From IMG/VR virus record IMGVR_UViG_3300021426_000006, positions 1 to 64,000 of that record: a DNA stretch of 64,000 bases; one strand, 5' to 3'. This stretch comes from a virus. Taxonomy: Duplodnaviria; Caudoviricetes. The first letter of the stretch is position 1. Each line of letters begins with the position of its first letter. This document shows positions 26,002 to 38,426 of this stretch, in pieces. The position numbers and the translations under genes were made by a program. The notes under the pieces are model-generated. The model was not told the origin of the DNA and ran no database searches. It saw nothing but the letters and a program-made list of their open reading frames with translations.

Positions 26002-28268
26002 GCTTGGTATCTATTTAACATTGCATTCAACATTCGGATGTTCATCAAATCTCTAGTAGTAGCTCCTGTCTGATTATAAATATCTGTCAAGAAACTATTA
26101 TATATCTTATTTCTGGCGGCCAATGCCCTATCCATATACTGCTTATCATATTGCGTGGTAGCTATCCTATTGGAAGCATCTTTGTCGCCAACGTTTATAG
26201 CAGCGTTAGCCCAATCAGAAACATATTTATTATTTTGTATCTGAGCATCATATATAGCATTGGCTTTAGCACGCTGTGCTCTATCTACAGCAGCCATGTG
26301 ATATAATTGTTTTTGTCCGGCAGTAAGAGAAGACTGACTCGCCAACTGTTGCATATACGCGTTTAACTTGCTATCTATATCTCGTAAAACTGGTATATTA
26401 TTAATTCGCAATCCAGCCAATTTTGGTAAAGCCATACCTGCATATGTATTAGGACGATAACTATTTATCTTTGATGTAGGCTGTTTTTTTGTGTTTATTG
26501 CTCCAATTATAGATGACGCAAATCCTGGTAGTCTTGATGCAAGTATCTCCCAAGGTTTTATTTCAGGTATTCTTCCTTTATCTATACGTTTTAAATTTTT
26601 GTCTAACCCAGGTTTATTATTTTTGGGGTTACTTTGCTGAGGATTTGTAATATTATACGACTCTAATCCAAAATCAATGGGCGGAACAATACTAGATACA
26701 TTATCTGGTGTAAGACTTGAAGGTTTTTTATCAGGAGAATTCTTTACTGGCGTTCTATTACTGTTGCCATAAAAATAAAAAGGCGGTGTGGTTGCAGATC
26801 TTGACTGTGGGATTAGTTTGTAAGCCAAATTATCAGTATCTGGCTGTTCTGTGCTACTCATTCTCGGGTAATAAGAAACCGCACCAATAGAATTATTATG
26901 CTTGTCTGGGAACATTCTTGGAGACCCAGTATCAACGATACTGGTTGGGATACGTCCTATGTCTGTCAAATTGGCGCCTACTGGAACACCCGATATACTT
27001 TTTAAGTTATCGAACAGGTAACTATAATCTATGTCGCCTATATTGTTTGTTATATTCGGTGTATATTGAGCTGCTCGTAACAATTCCCCAATTTTATTTG
27101 GTTTTTTACCGTATACGTTTGTGTTAGGTAAATCTGCAAGCAGATCATCATAAAAAAGAATTGCGTCTTCTCCAGTTTTAGCCGTAATATATCCGTTACG
27201 CCTATTTTTGTTATTCATATTATTTCTCATATGTACATATGATTGCAAATCCAATAATCTTTGCGGTATGCCTGCAGCTTTGTACACAGGCCAGTCTTCC
27301 GCAAAAGTATTACCTGTTTCTGGGTTAAGAAGTTCTTTCTTTTTAGACGCTGTTAATACAGCATCTCTTCCTCTAAGGAATGTAGGAGCGTTATCTCTAT
27401 GCCCGTTTTTAACTTTATAGCTATTGTATGTCAACGTATCCACAATCTATTCACCTTTATTCGTATAAGAGTTCTGTGGCATATATCTTTTACCATATGC
27501 CGTATTTACCATACCGGCATTCCCACCTCTTGTAATAGGCATTGCATCTTTACCTCCTTCTGCATGTCCGTTCCTAAGATATTGTTCGTAAGCGTTATTA
27601 AAAGAAGCCGCATTATCCAATGCTGCTAAATCCTTAGCTCTTGCTATTTTTCGTTCTTGCTCACCTTTCTTTCCAAAAATTAATTTACCGGCTGCTGCAA
27701 GAGGATTCCCGCTAAGCACATCTGTCAATACACTTTTAGTACTCCAATGATCTAGATACGGCTCTTTGTCTATATTTGTGTCTATTACTTTAAAATTAAC
27801 ACCTCCGAAAGAACTGTTACTAGTATTTTGATTTGATTTTATTTCATCCGCATCTACAGTTTTGTATGTAGCCTCATTTAAAAACCCTTTCGCATTCTAC
27901 GCAGCAATTTCTGCTATAGCTCCCCAAGGACCTAAACCAGCAGATCCAATTGCGCCTGTTGGATTTGGAGTTGTTTGCTACCGTTCTCTTGTTTGGGCCA
28001 AACTAGGTGTTTTGTATTGAAACTGTCCTTTACCGACAACATTTGGATCGCCACCATTTTTAGCGCTTAAATAATCGTTATAGCTTGGATTTGGTTTATT
28101 GAAAAATTGAGAAGTCTGATAAGGATTTTCAGGTATATAATATCCACCGTACTAATAATTAGTATTTGGAGCTGTAAGAGGTCTTGTTCCAAAAAAACCA
28201 GATCCATCCGCGCCGCCATAATATCTAGGAAATGTATTTTTTATAAATTTTCTATCTTTTAACTGCAT
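25998..28268 (-). CDS. Virion cargo protein, C1-like by position (~756 aa, TAG=Gln)
   Basis: Fragments at 25998 and 27447 are in one frame. ATG at 28268 (MQLKDRKFIK...), TGA at 25998. Gly/Ala-rich segments. Confidence 0.7.
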
Positions 28269-31200
28269 GATATATTAAATTTAGTGTTTATGTATTGTAT
28301 AGAAAAATCGGTAGAATTGCTTGATGATTTGAGTTCACATTCCATTGTTCTTCCTCTTAACCTGTCTCCGTAAGAAGATTCTATCCAGGAATTATTTATT
28401 AATTTTCCTGCTCTTGGTATAGCTGCTCTAAAATCATATTCTCTATTGGTTATTCTCTTACCGTTTAATCTACCTTCTTGTTTTAATGGAGTTTTAAATA
28501 TAAAGTCTATAACATGCAGTGGAGAATTGTTTTGCCCAGCATGTTGCAAGTTCTAATATATATTTATGTCATTTGTAGTTTCTTCAGAACCGCCATAAAA
28601 TTTTCCTCCAAAAGAAATAATATTGAATGTTTTTATCTGCTGTTGTTTATTTACTATATATTTTAAATAAGGTACAGCGTCTATTCCAAATAACTAAGAC
28701 CGACCGCCTTCATAATTTGTATTGTCTAAATATAAATTATTTTTGTTTAGACTGTAGTGTTTATCGTGTATATAAATATTGTATTTAGGCTCGAACGTAT
28801 ATATAGAGGTAAATATGTCAGATAATTCATTAAAAACGATACTCTCTTTGTTCACGCAACTGCAAATGACCTCATTATTGCTGGCGTCATAATACATATG
28901 AGGTTTTTCATTTTCAACGTTACTACTTAAATACTACTATACAGTTTTTGTTTTTGAGAGAGGCTATACTCCGCCACGTTCATTAAAACGTAATATTTCT
29001 TTATTGTATCCATCCCACCAATATAAATTATCTGCTGTTATACAATAACACAATTGGTGAGGTTTCATTCCGTTAACGTTACTTAAGTAAAACGGTTTTT
29101 TTAACAAATCTCCGGTACCTAATGATATAGTGTTTTGGTTTATATCTGATATTGCAGCTCTTTCGTTTATGCTCATGTAACCAACAGCGTGTTGCTGCCA
29201 AAAAATTAATTTATCTTTATACGCAGCTAAACACGTTATTTCTCCATATTGTGGGTCAACATCTATATAATTTGAAGGCAAAAAGGTATCAGAATCCCAA
29301 CGATCAGCTCCAGAATATATTACACGAGAGATATTAGATGCATCTGTTTTCGATAATCTACTGGTGGGAGATATTGCTAAAGCATAATATAGAGATGAAT
29401 ATTTCTTATTATATTGATAAGCAAATCCTGTTTGATTAAAATAATACGGGGTAGATTGATTTTCTCCGTTTTCTGTTTTTGTTATCGTCCACTGCTTTGG
29501 AACATTAGATGGAATATCTTGTAAAAGACACGCGTCATCAGAATTTATATTACTGTTGTATATAGTACCATACTATCCTTGAAAATCTATTTCACTAAGA
29601 ACAGGTACACAATATATAAACGAGGCGGTATATGCGTTCCTCATGTATAAACTTGCTATATTGTGCATAGCATTATACTTAAACATCTTTATATATGCGT
29701 CTCCGGAAAAAATATTTAAATCTTGATTTGGATTATTTCCAAATACATCACCGAATCCATAATACGAAGAATTGTTTATAGATGCCGTATTATATCCGTG
29801 ATACGGATTAGCAGGTTTTATAATATTTGCTACAGTTATTGTAAGTGGGTAACTAGTTTGTGGTGTTATTTTTATGTCGCCTGGGTTAATTGCTAACAGC
29901 ATACATTTTCCTGTAGATCCTACAGGATAAGCATACGCTCCAGAAGAAGCTAATCTGTAATAACCTGCTCCGGAGCTGATTGGCCAATCGTCGTCTAGAA
30001 GATTCCAAAAGCCAGAAAGAGCTTTTGACTTTTTTTCATTATCCCATTCAATTTCTCTGTTTGCTATTTTTTGAGTAAAAAACGACGACCATAAAACAAA
30101 GCTCTTGCCATCTATTGGCTTGGCGTTTTTTTCAAACTAAAAGCTTTTACTTTCTTCGTTAAAGAATTCGTTATACGCCGGTACTTGCGGGTACTGTATT
30201 TCTTTTATCTCTATGTTATCGTCTTTTGAGACGACAGAATCGTTATATTGTTTAAATACTCCAACATTTATGCTTGGGTATCGTTTATCAGATACATATA
30301 ACTACAACTCCTTGTTGTCGCCAAGATCGTTTTGTAAACCTTCTGAATGTACATAAGTAGTACGTCCTGAATTAAGAAACGTCGGATGTTTACCACTTAA
30401 TGTAAACTAAATAGTATTATAATCTTTACTGTCTATTGTGTAACTATTTACCAGTTTCAGTCGTAAATTTTTATTATTTTTACCTTCTGGTGCATACTCA
30501 GCAAACTAATTAACATTATTATTTACGCCGTATATATATTCTGGCGACGCAAATTGTACTACACCTTTGTAAGTAAAAGCGTACACATTGTTTGCCCAAA
30601 AACCAAAATCTTCAATGCTTTCTGGACGTCGTAACGTACCAGCTTCGCACATATGTAACGCAACAGGCTGTAATGATATCGGACCATAAGGAAATATAGG
30701 ATTTGCAACGTTTTCATAAGAAACATCTTGATCTACGCCGTCTTTTCTTTCTATAGTTTTTACAGGATAACCAACAATACCCTATGATATATTATATGTG
30801 TCGTCGTATTTATTTCGTATGCACCTTACTATTTCAAACTAAGAACAGTTTGGTATTTTATGTTTCAGTTTAAAATTTATTCCTACTATTTTTATTTTAT
30901 AAGAGACTTTTCTTTTTCCGGGAAAATCGCCACCGCCTATAATATAAGAGTTATCCGAGTCATACTAAGCGTAATCGATAGGTTGTTTTGGCATTTGTAT
31001 ATCTGCAATCCATTTTACACTTGATCTATTTCCGTCTAAATCATATAATATTACGCCAAACCTATAAACTTCTCCGTATTTAAATGTTGTAATCTAATCG
31101 TTTATTGTAGATGCTTGGTCTATATCATTTACAGAAACTTGTTTGTACGTATACTCCCAATCAAACCAATCTCCTGTTCCTCCATACTTATCACTGCTGG

Positions 31201-32794
31201 CTTTCCAATATAGCGGATTATATTCACCGTAAGTATTTCCATTAAAGGCTTCGTGGAACAAATCGTCTTCTGCTTCAGGTTTATTTACTATGTTCCCCTG
31301 ATCATCCAAAATGTATTTTTTTACGCCATCTCTCATAAAGTACATTCCGCTGCTAAAAGATCTTGTATCTACATTTTTAAATGTTAAATCTATACCGCTA
31401 GTTATATCTTTTATATTTGCTTCATATAACCTACTACCGGATAATGTTTCTGTACCATCACTATATATAGCACCGCCTTTACTAGAAAATACAGTCGGAA
31501 TACTACTATTTGCCAAAAGATTATAATAATTAGCAAATCCTTCTACAGGATTTCCACCTCCTCTATCAGTGTATTGAGGTATTATTTCTCCGTTGTAAAC
31601 TTCATACACTTGCGGAGTTTCGGTGTCAGGTTGAATTCTAAATATTTGTATTTTTGTATACGCGTTCGCGTCTATCTTTGGTATAGATATATCAATACTT
31701 TTGTCAGAAGTAGAAGAAAAGCCGGAACTATTATCTTTATATACTGATATAATTTTACTAAGCGGTGATAATTGTGAATATTGTCCATTTCCATCATGAT
31801 ATCTATACGCATATTGCAATTTTGCAATAGGAACATGCCCATCGCCTATTAGAGATAATGTTACTGGTTTTAATACAAGAGACGTATTTTTGTAAAGATC
31901 TCCAAAACTAGTACCTGGTTTAAAGTCATATTGTTCGTATTCATCTTTTACCAAATCAAGCTATAATACTGGCTTTATTCCAGTAAGTATGTATAATTTT
32001 ATATCGTTCGCGTTTTCGTACTTTGTTGTTAAATCCACACCAACACTCCATATATCTTGCTGGCATGGCCCGAATATACGTCTGCAAGAATTTTCTTTTT
32101 CAGTAAACCGCCATATACTAAAAGCTTCTGCAGTAGGATCACTGCCATTGAACGTCTGATTAAACAAATCATAATCAGGAGTGATGTATCTAAATATATA
32201 TGTGTTGTTTCCGCTTATTTGACAACTTTCTATATTTGCCTTGTAAACAATTAAATCCTAATTTTGCTATACGATAGCAACTTCTTTCATTTCTCCTGGC
32301 TCGAAATCTCCAGGATCATACATAACTACTTTCGTTATTTCAGTGAGAGCTGTGCCAGAAGTAGGTCTAACTGTTGCACGTATTGTTATGATTAATTGAT
32401 CTACTAATGGGGAATCGTTATTTGAATAATATGTTATATAAACTGATTTTGGATTAGTGAAATCCGGAAATTGTGTTCCATAACCAAAACTAAACCTGTA
32501 TTCGTTTCTTTCTATGTTTATAGTTTCTTTACTAACTATGACTCCATATTCAGCAACGCTTGTAGTTGCTAATATTTCTTCAAATTCTACAGGATTCGCG
32601 TTATAGTCAGTAAGAGTCTGAAGTTTATTCCCTTCTATTAAATGAAGTTCTCCTTGATTACTTCCTCCGCTAGAAGTTAATCTTAAGTTTTTAGCCATTC
32701 TATACTGATTACTTGGGATATATAGATCGGAAGTATCTGTATTCATGCCACCGTTAAAAGTATTCTTCTATTGTAAATTTTCATTAACGTCCAT
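28259..32794 (-). CDS. Tail muzzle/stabilization protein (P22 gp10-like, ~1511 aa, TAG=Gln)
   Basis: Seven fragments in one frame. N-terminus NTFNGGMNTD...NQYRMAKNLRL and C-terminal YIDVDPQYGEI...WQQHAVG...RLRGRTMEC are characteristic of crAss stabilization proteins. TAA at 28259. Confidence 0.82.
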
Positions 32795-33566
32795 AATAAT
32801 AATCAGTATATATATCTTGTTGTTTATTTATATCTTTATAGAAACTGTAATTACTATCCCACTCTGGAACAAGCTTATTCCAATCGTTTTTAATATTTTC
32901 TACATCTGTTGCGGTTGGCATCATAGCTTCTGCGTAAGCCTGGTTTCTATAAAAATTCCACTACTGCTGTGTATAAAAGTATACATTCTGTGCAGTACTT
33001 ACACCTCTACCACCAAGCGTTCCTGACATAAATTTTGGAAAACACAGTTTCATTGTAACATACCAATAAATGGCTTCTCTATAAGACGATAAATCTGGTA
33101 TCATTGGATAACCACGTTCATCTACAGCAATTGCTTTATATATAAACTTAATATATCCTTTGTTCTTGTTTGTAACAAGCCACCCAGGTTTTATAAAGTA
33201 TTCAGGTCCAGTTTCGTATTTATAAACTGAATACATGTCACCATATTTCGTAGAATTATCTTCTTTCAGCATATTAGTTCTCGGACTCATTGGAACCCAA
33301 GGACCTTTTTCGTTTTCTGAATAAGCCACACCATCGAGCACCGCTAAATCTCGTGGTAATGGGACCTGATTGTCTTCTATCTTTGGAATCGGCTATTCGT
33401 CAACGCCTGATTCCTTTTTGATATACTGCATAGGGGCACCAATCTTGTCAATGGCTTCAAAAATCCATTCTTTAATATCAGAAGTTCTCTATCTAGCTTC
33501 TTTGGAATCTAAATCAGCCATTATTTTTGCAATGACCGATTCACACCTTGTATAATTGTATATCAT
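32784..33566 (-). CDS. Tail ring/tubular protein (~260 aa, TAG=Gln)
   Basis: ATG at 33566 (MIYNYTRCESVIAKIMADLD...EWIFEAIDKIG); DERGYPMIPD...EAIYWY motif; TAA at 32784; immediately upstream of the muzzle. Confidence 0.75.
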
Positions 33567-33984
33567 CTATATTTATATAATCGTGTCTATTGAATATTAA
33601 TTTAGCCAAACGTCTTTTATTTTGTCTGACTAAACATAATTGGTATTTATATCTATCTGGGAACGTTCTTGGTATTTTAGACCAGTATAATCTAAATTTG
33701 TACCCGTCTGAATGTTCATTTAAGTGATAGATTTTTTTATTATATTCTTTACTCGCTTTATAATCTACAGATAAAGATTTATCAGTAAAGTTTTTAGGTC
33801 TATATTTTACAACTTGTATAAGTCCTAACCCATACGGCATTTTAAAGCCCTCTGAACGTTCAAAAATATATTCTAGTATAACATTACACATCTCGTCTAA
33901 AATACGTCTGTAGAGGCTGTAATCTATCTGTATGGGGATTGTCTTATACATATCTTTAAATGTAGAAGACTTTTTATTCTTCAT
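33541..33984 (-). CDS. IHF/HU-like basic DNA-binding protein of crAss-like phages (~147 aa)
   Basis: Lys/Arg-rich; FKMPYGLG and NEHSDGYKFRLYW motifs; position among the ring genes. The ATG at 33984 overlaps the upstream stop region and is preferred to 34038. Confidence 0.6.
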   Translation of the reverse strand: MKNKKSSTFKDMYKTIPIQIDYSLYRRILDEMCNVILEYIFERSEGFKMPYGLGLIQVVKYRPKNFTDKSLSVDYKASKEYNKKIYHLNEHSDGYKFRLYWSKIPRTFPDRYKYQLCLVRQNKRRLAKLIFNRHDYINIDDIQLYKV

Positions 33985-34687
33985 CGTCTTGTGGGCCGTG
34001 CGGTTTAACACTTGCGAGAGTTGCATTATTACTGTCATCGCTTGGTCTGTTCAACATAAATGCCAGTTCATTTTTTATAATAAGTTCTTTTATAATTGGA
34101 ACCATCCACGCAGGTATTTTTATGTCGTCTTCATCCAAGTCGTCATCGTCATCTTCTTCGTCAACTTCTTTTAGCCACATTACGTATATGTACTGTAACT
34201 AATTTTTATCAGTAAGTCCTTGTATGTAAATATGACCGTCGTCTTTATAAAACGCGGTCATATCGCCATAAGTGTATCTTCTCCAGTAGTTATAATATCG
34301 TCTAACATGATCCATGTATTGTATATTTTCTCCATTTGCGTCATGTATAGACAACACACTGTTTTCATCCTCGTTGAAAAGATTTTCTAGAGTTTCTTTA
34401 GTTCTCTTTATATTTATATACTCTTCTGTATGTAAATCAACTGGCTCTAGTTCAAACTGTTGTTCTACTTTTTTTACAAACTCAGAATCAATAAGTTCTT
34501 CTAAATCAATTCTGTGAAGTAGATATAACTCTTTCTTTTTGTCCTTTTCATCTTTCCAAAGCTTATGCTTGTAAGCTTTCACCCAAGAATGAATTTGTGA
34601 TCTGGATAGATCTTCACTTTCGCTTATATTGTTATTTCTTACCAGAAGAAGAATATCATCTGTTATTGTTCTTAATGAAATATTCAT
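33974..34687 (-). CDS. Tail ring protein (~237 aa, one TAG=Gln)
   Basis: Fragments at 34199 and 33974 are in one frame. MNISLRTITDDILLLVRNNNISESEDLSRSQI N-terminus; IPAWMVPIIKELI...PSDDSNN C-terminus. Confidence 0.75.
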
Positions 34688-34820
34688 CGGTTATTCTTTG
34701 TTTTTCTAAAACAAAATAAGCAATTTGATCGGCAGTTAAATTATCAATCCACTCTTTTACATACTTTGAATATTTATTGTGATTGTTTTTTAAAAACCGT
34801 TCAATTAAATAGTTATACAT
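34656..34820 (-). CDS. Small hypothetical protein (~54 aa)
   Basis: ATG at 34820 lies just after the spanin-like stop and the ORF fills the gap. Confidence 0.5.
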   Translation of the reverse strand: MYNYLIERFLKNNHNKYSKYVKEWIDNLTADQIAYFVLEKQRITDEYFIKNNNR

Positions 34821-34824
34821 TGTC

Positions 34825-35484
34825 TTATTTGTTTGATTCAACGATTCTTACATCGTCGGTTTTAATCAAGTCGTTAGTATTTACTATTTCGTATCTATAT
34901 CTATTCACCTTCTTAAAATCAAACGTAAAGAGTCGTTTTATAAAACTTTTTTTATTGGCGTATTCTCTTTTTGTAAATATATACAAATATTGCGTATTTT
35001 TTAAATCTATCTATATATTTACGGTATCTCTACCTATAGTATAATGTACTAATGTAAGAGGGTTATACTAAATACTATCATTGTATATACTATCTTTTAA
35101 GATCTCAACAAGATCACCTTCAACCCCCTTACCCCCATTAACGGATAAAGTTTGAGTTTGAGTTGCTGCTGTATTAACTTCTGATTTTTTTATTTTTAAC
35201 TATTCTCTTACACTATCTATTTGTTGTAGTAATTTATCGTTTTGTTGTCGCAACGTCTTTATATCGAGCTTTAAAACATTATTGGCCTACTAGGAGTCGT
35301 TTACGATCCCCTAATAGGCCTCAATGTCGTTCTAAGCTGTTTCTAGGCTCTCTGACAGTCTTTTATTCTGTTTGCTTAAAGTTATACTCCAAGCAAGTAA
35401 AAGTCCAACAGCGAGGCTACAAACGGCCTTAAATAAGCTTTTACGATTCCTTACTATCCACGTCATTATGGTTAATATGTTCAT
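34825..35484 (-). CDS. Spanin-like (i-spanin/Rz-like) membrane-anchored coiled-coil protein (~219 aa, 7 in-frame TAG); absent from the ORF track
   Basis: ATG at 35484. N-terminal TM (AVCSLAVGLLLAWSITL) followed by a coiled coil. TAG at 35332, 35311, 35290, 35287, 35200, 35068 and 35011. TAA at 34825. Directly follows the holin. Confidence 0.65.
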
Positions 35485-35959
35485 CGTTTAAATCTATTTC
35501 TGTTCCAATATAATCTTCTCCCTTTTTCTTCAAGAACTTACCGAGTGCTTTCCACGGTCCGTCAGGATTTAAAGTATTAAGGTTTTCTAGTATTGACCAC
35601 AGTTCTGTCAATGCTACTATTACAGTAACTCCTCCTGTTAATACAAAGACACCTTGTTCTGCGCCTAGTACGGCACATTCCAATAGCCTAGCTAACGATA
35701 TGATCGTAAACTCGTCTATAATTTTCGTTAGCGTGCCTTTCCAACCTTTATGACTTGTTATTTTTTGATTGAATCTACAAGCCACTTTTATACCATAAAA
35801 CATGTCCACCGTAGTAAATACAAAACAACATACCAGTAATGCTACTATTGGAGAATAGAAAGCGGTTATAATACTCCCTAATGCTACTCCTATCTTACCT
35901 ATAGATGTTCCTGCAGAAAATCCCTCAAACATGCGTTGCATAGAATCTAATAACTTCAT
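35441..35959 (-). CDS. Holin (phage holin 4_1-like, 172 aa)
   Basis: Three hydrophobic segments; DMFYGI...ITSHKGWKG and ELWSILENL motifs. Confidence 0.8.
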   Translation of the reverse strand: MKLLDSMQRMFEGFSAGTSIGKIGVALGSIITAFYSPIVALLVCCFVFTTVDMFYGIKVACRFNQKITSHKGWKGTLTKIIDEFTIISLARLLECAVLGAEQGVFVLTGGVTVIVALTELWSILENLNTLNPDGPWKALGKFLKKKGEDYIGTEIDLNDEHINHNDVDSKES

Positions 35960-35960
35960 A

Positions 35961-36218
35961 TCAATCGTACTCTGCCCAGTCAGAGAGTTCCTTTATATCT
36001 ATATTTAAAACTTTATCATCATTACGGCTTAATTGAATAGTACCGTCTTCGTATTCACCACCTGTTATATATATGTCGGCAGCACCTGTAGTATTAACTG
36101 GAAGCTCTTGTGCAGTATCATAGAATGGAGGATAACCGGAACCATTTATATTGTATTCGTTTGGAGTGTATTTATCACTCTAAGGTTCTATTGGGAACCT
36201 GTGGTTATATATCTCCAT
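35961..36218 (-). CDS. Small hypothetical protein (~85 aa, one TAG); absent from the ORF track
   Basis: MEIYNHRFPIEP*SDKYTPNEY...WAEYD-TGA; the stop lies 1 nt before the holin ATG. Confidence 0.6.
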
Positions 36219-36230
36219 AGTATAAAAAAT

Positions 36231-36263
36231 AAACCTGAAGTGGGTATATACCCACCCCAGGTT
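36231..36263 (-). terminator. Intrinsic terminator downstream of the auxiliary capsid gene
   Basis: AACCTG-aa-GTGGGTA-ta-TACCCAC-cc-CAGGTT hairpin followed on the minus strand by TATTTTT. Confidence 0.7.
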
Positions 36264-36267
36264 ATAA

Positions 36268-37350
36268 TCAAGCCTTAAAGGCGTTAATAATAGCGTTAAT
36301 ACCAGAAAGACCGTTGGCACTAGTATCGAGTTCTCCGGTCTCAGAATCTACACCGTATGGGGCATACATTTCAAGACATTCCTTAGTCCTGCGGAAAATG
36401 TCGTCTGCAGCACGATACTGACGCTCAAACTCTACTGTAGTAACAGCGTAAGTCTTGCTGAGGTCTACCTGCATGTCAGGCTTGATGATGGGATATGTAC
36501 CTTCACCACGGTTAAGGATACCCTGATAACCCATAGCCTGAGCCTCGCGATCGCGAACGATCTTAGCCTCACCAACATACTGTACACCAGGAGTCTTCTC
36601 AATCGTTACGCCAAGAATCTCATGTTTATTCAAAGACTCCCAACCTTCTGCAGCGGGATCCGTAAAGTACATATTGACATTGAAACGTACTTTATTTGCC
36701 CAGCTGATAGAATCAACAACATTGTCATCATCGTAAGGCATTGCAGTAAGAGTAACCTTGTTATTAGCGTAAGAAGCAACAACACGAGCTCTCTTCCACT
36801 CCTTGTTGATCATAGTTGCGATGTTCTGAGCAATAGAAGACTTGTTGTCACCTGCTGCAGTAACATACTCGTATGACTCTGTCCATTTGCGATAACGAGT
36901 AGGCAGGTCTTTGAATGTAAGACGAACAATAATTCTCTTGCCGCCAAGACCAAACTTGCTTTCAAGAGCCTGATTTAGACTAGAGAAATCAATCTCTACG
37001 CTGTCCTCAGTAGACTCCTTAAACTCAGTGTTAACAACACTCTTAAGACTATCCTTAGAGATGATGTTAGACCACTTGATCACAGGAACCTCCACCATCT
37101 GATGGTCGGGCTTGATCTGCTTGTTTGTCTTATTGGTTACGATACCAACCTTAATGTGTTCGTAATTAGCAGCGGTACTTGAAGTAACCACAGGGAAATT
37201 GGCATCGTTACCTACTTTGTTTTCGTCAGTAGTAATTACTACGAACTTACCAGCGTCAGCGACGCTAAGATTGTTATAATCGTTGAGACTAGTAATGACA
37301 TTGCTTGAAGTCAAGTTACTAACCAACACGGTATTTACATATGTAATCAT
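36268..37350 (-). CDS. Abundant structural protein, probable auxiliary capsid protein (360 aa, no TAG)
   Basis: Intact ORF with MCP-like codon bias (many C-ending codons, AAG/GAG), its own leader and a terminator. Synteny with the crAss001 auxiliary capsid gene after the ring genes is an inference. Confidence 0.6.
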   Translation of the reverse strand: MITYVNTVLVSNLTSSNVITSLNDYNNLSVADAGKFVVITTDENKVGNDANFPVVTSSTAANYEHIKVGIVTNKTNKQIKPDHQMVEVPVIKWSNIISKDSLKSVVNTEFKESTEDSVEIDFSSLNQALESKFGLGGKRIIVRLTFKDLPTRYRKWTESYEYVTAAGDNKSSIAQNIATMINKEWKRARVVASYANNKVTLTAMPYDDDNVVDSISWANKVRFNVNMYFTDPAAEGWESLNKHEILGVTIEKTPGVQYVGEAKIVRDREAQAMGYQGILNRGEGTYPIIKPDMQVDLSKTYAVTTVEFERQYRAADDIFRRTKECLEMYAPYGVDSETGELDTSANGLSGINAIINAFKA

Positions 37351-37383
37351 ATATTAATTAATTTATTCTACTCCCCCTACAAA

Positions 37384-37558
37384 TATATATAGTGGTTTTG
37401 CGAGCGTAGCGAGTAAACTCGCGAAGCGAGCAAAAATACTATATATAGCTAAACCTAATTAGCTGGGGTTTCCACGTTTAAATTATCATTACGCTAGCGA
37501 GTTATTTATATCTTCCGTCAGGAAGATTAAATTACGAGCGTAGCGAGTTATTTATATC
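37384..37558. repeat. Intergenic palindrome plus direct repeats with a CGAGCGTAGCGAGT / CTCGCGAAGCGAG core
   Basis: Inverted repeat TATATATAGT..TTTTGC / GCAAAA..ACTATATATA (37384-37447). CGAGCGTAGCGAGT occurs at 37401 and 37535 and a variant CGCTAGCGAGT at 37492. ATTACG(..)TAGCGAGTTATTTATATC is repeated at 37488 and 37531. Confidence 0.85.
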
Positions 37559-37562
37559 AAGA

Positions 37563-38426
37563 TTATTCTTGAGTTAAAACTTCATTGGCCAAAGTTCTGT
37601 ATCTTGAGTCGCTTTGATTTTCAATGTACATCAAAGCAGCCATTTTTATTATTTCTGGCCAAATGTATTCTGGAAAATCCTTATATTCTGTTTCCGGATT
37701 TTCGTCTGTAAGAACATCGGGAGTTTTTATATATCCCAATGTGTAAGAATGTATTTTATAATTTTTGTCGGTTAACAGTCTAAAACCGTTATTAGTCCGT
37801 ATTCTAAGAGGTCTAGCAGTATGATGTTTATAATGGAAATCTGTCAAACTGTTGTTTATTCGGTACATGAAATTGTCGGCAGTGCATTCAAAAACACCTA
37901 TATCTTTTTTATGCTCGTTTTCGGTATTTGATATAACAACATTTTCATTTAACACAAACATCATGTCTTTAGGATAACTATATTCGTAAGAATTATAATT
38001 ATAATGAGTTTTGTCTATTATAAACACAGAATCTTTATCTGAATCGTCGCTACCAGTAGCTTCTGGAGTTAAAACATCATCATCAACTACCCCGATTATC
38101 TGGATAGTATCTTCATCGATGTCACCAGTTAAAGAAATTTCATCTTCGCTTATAAGATCAACTGTATAATAACTTGCATCAGAATTATCGGACTGCGTAT
38201 CTATAACACGATCTTCTCTCCAAAGATTTATTAAATCTCTAGTCCTTTTTTCATTCTGTTCGTATGATGTACGCTTTGGTAAATTGCCATTAAACCGTTC
38301 TTTTACAAATTTTAACTAAGCTTGGTTCAACCAATACAACGAATTTTCTGTATCTGGTTTTTCAGCAGCATCGTCATATTTGTTTATTTCTACTTCAAAA
38401 GAAGCTATTATATCAATTAATCTCAT
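37563..38426 (-). CDS. Tail ring protein (~287 aa, TAG=Gln)
   Basis: ATG at 38426 in an ATGA overlap; YWLNQA*LKFVKERF...SYEQNEKRTRDL; Y..TP...FPEYIWPEIIKMAA C-terminus; TAA at 37563. Confidence 0.78.

Noticed and set aside
35116-35140. C-rich tract CCCCCTTACCCCC as a regulatory or G-quadruplex site
   Set aside because: It lies within the spanin-like CDS (NGGKGVEG) and has only two long G-runs.
37384-37558. CRISPR mini-array
   Set aside because: The repeats are short, unequal and irregularly spaced, with no spacer-length unique sequences and no cas genes.
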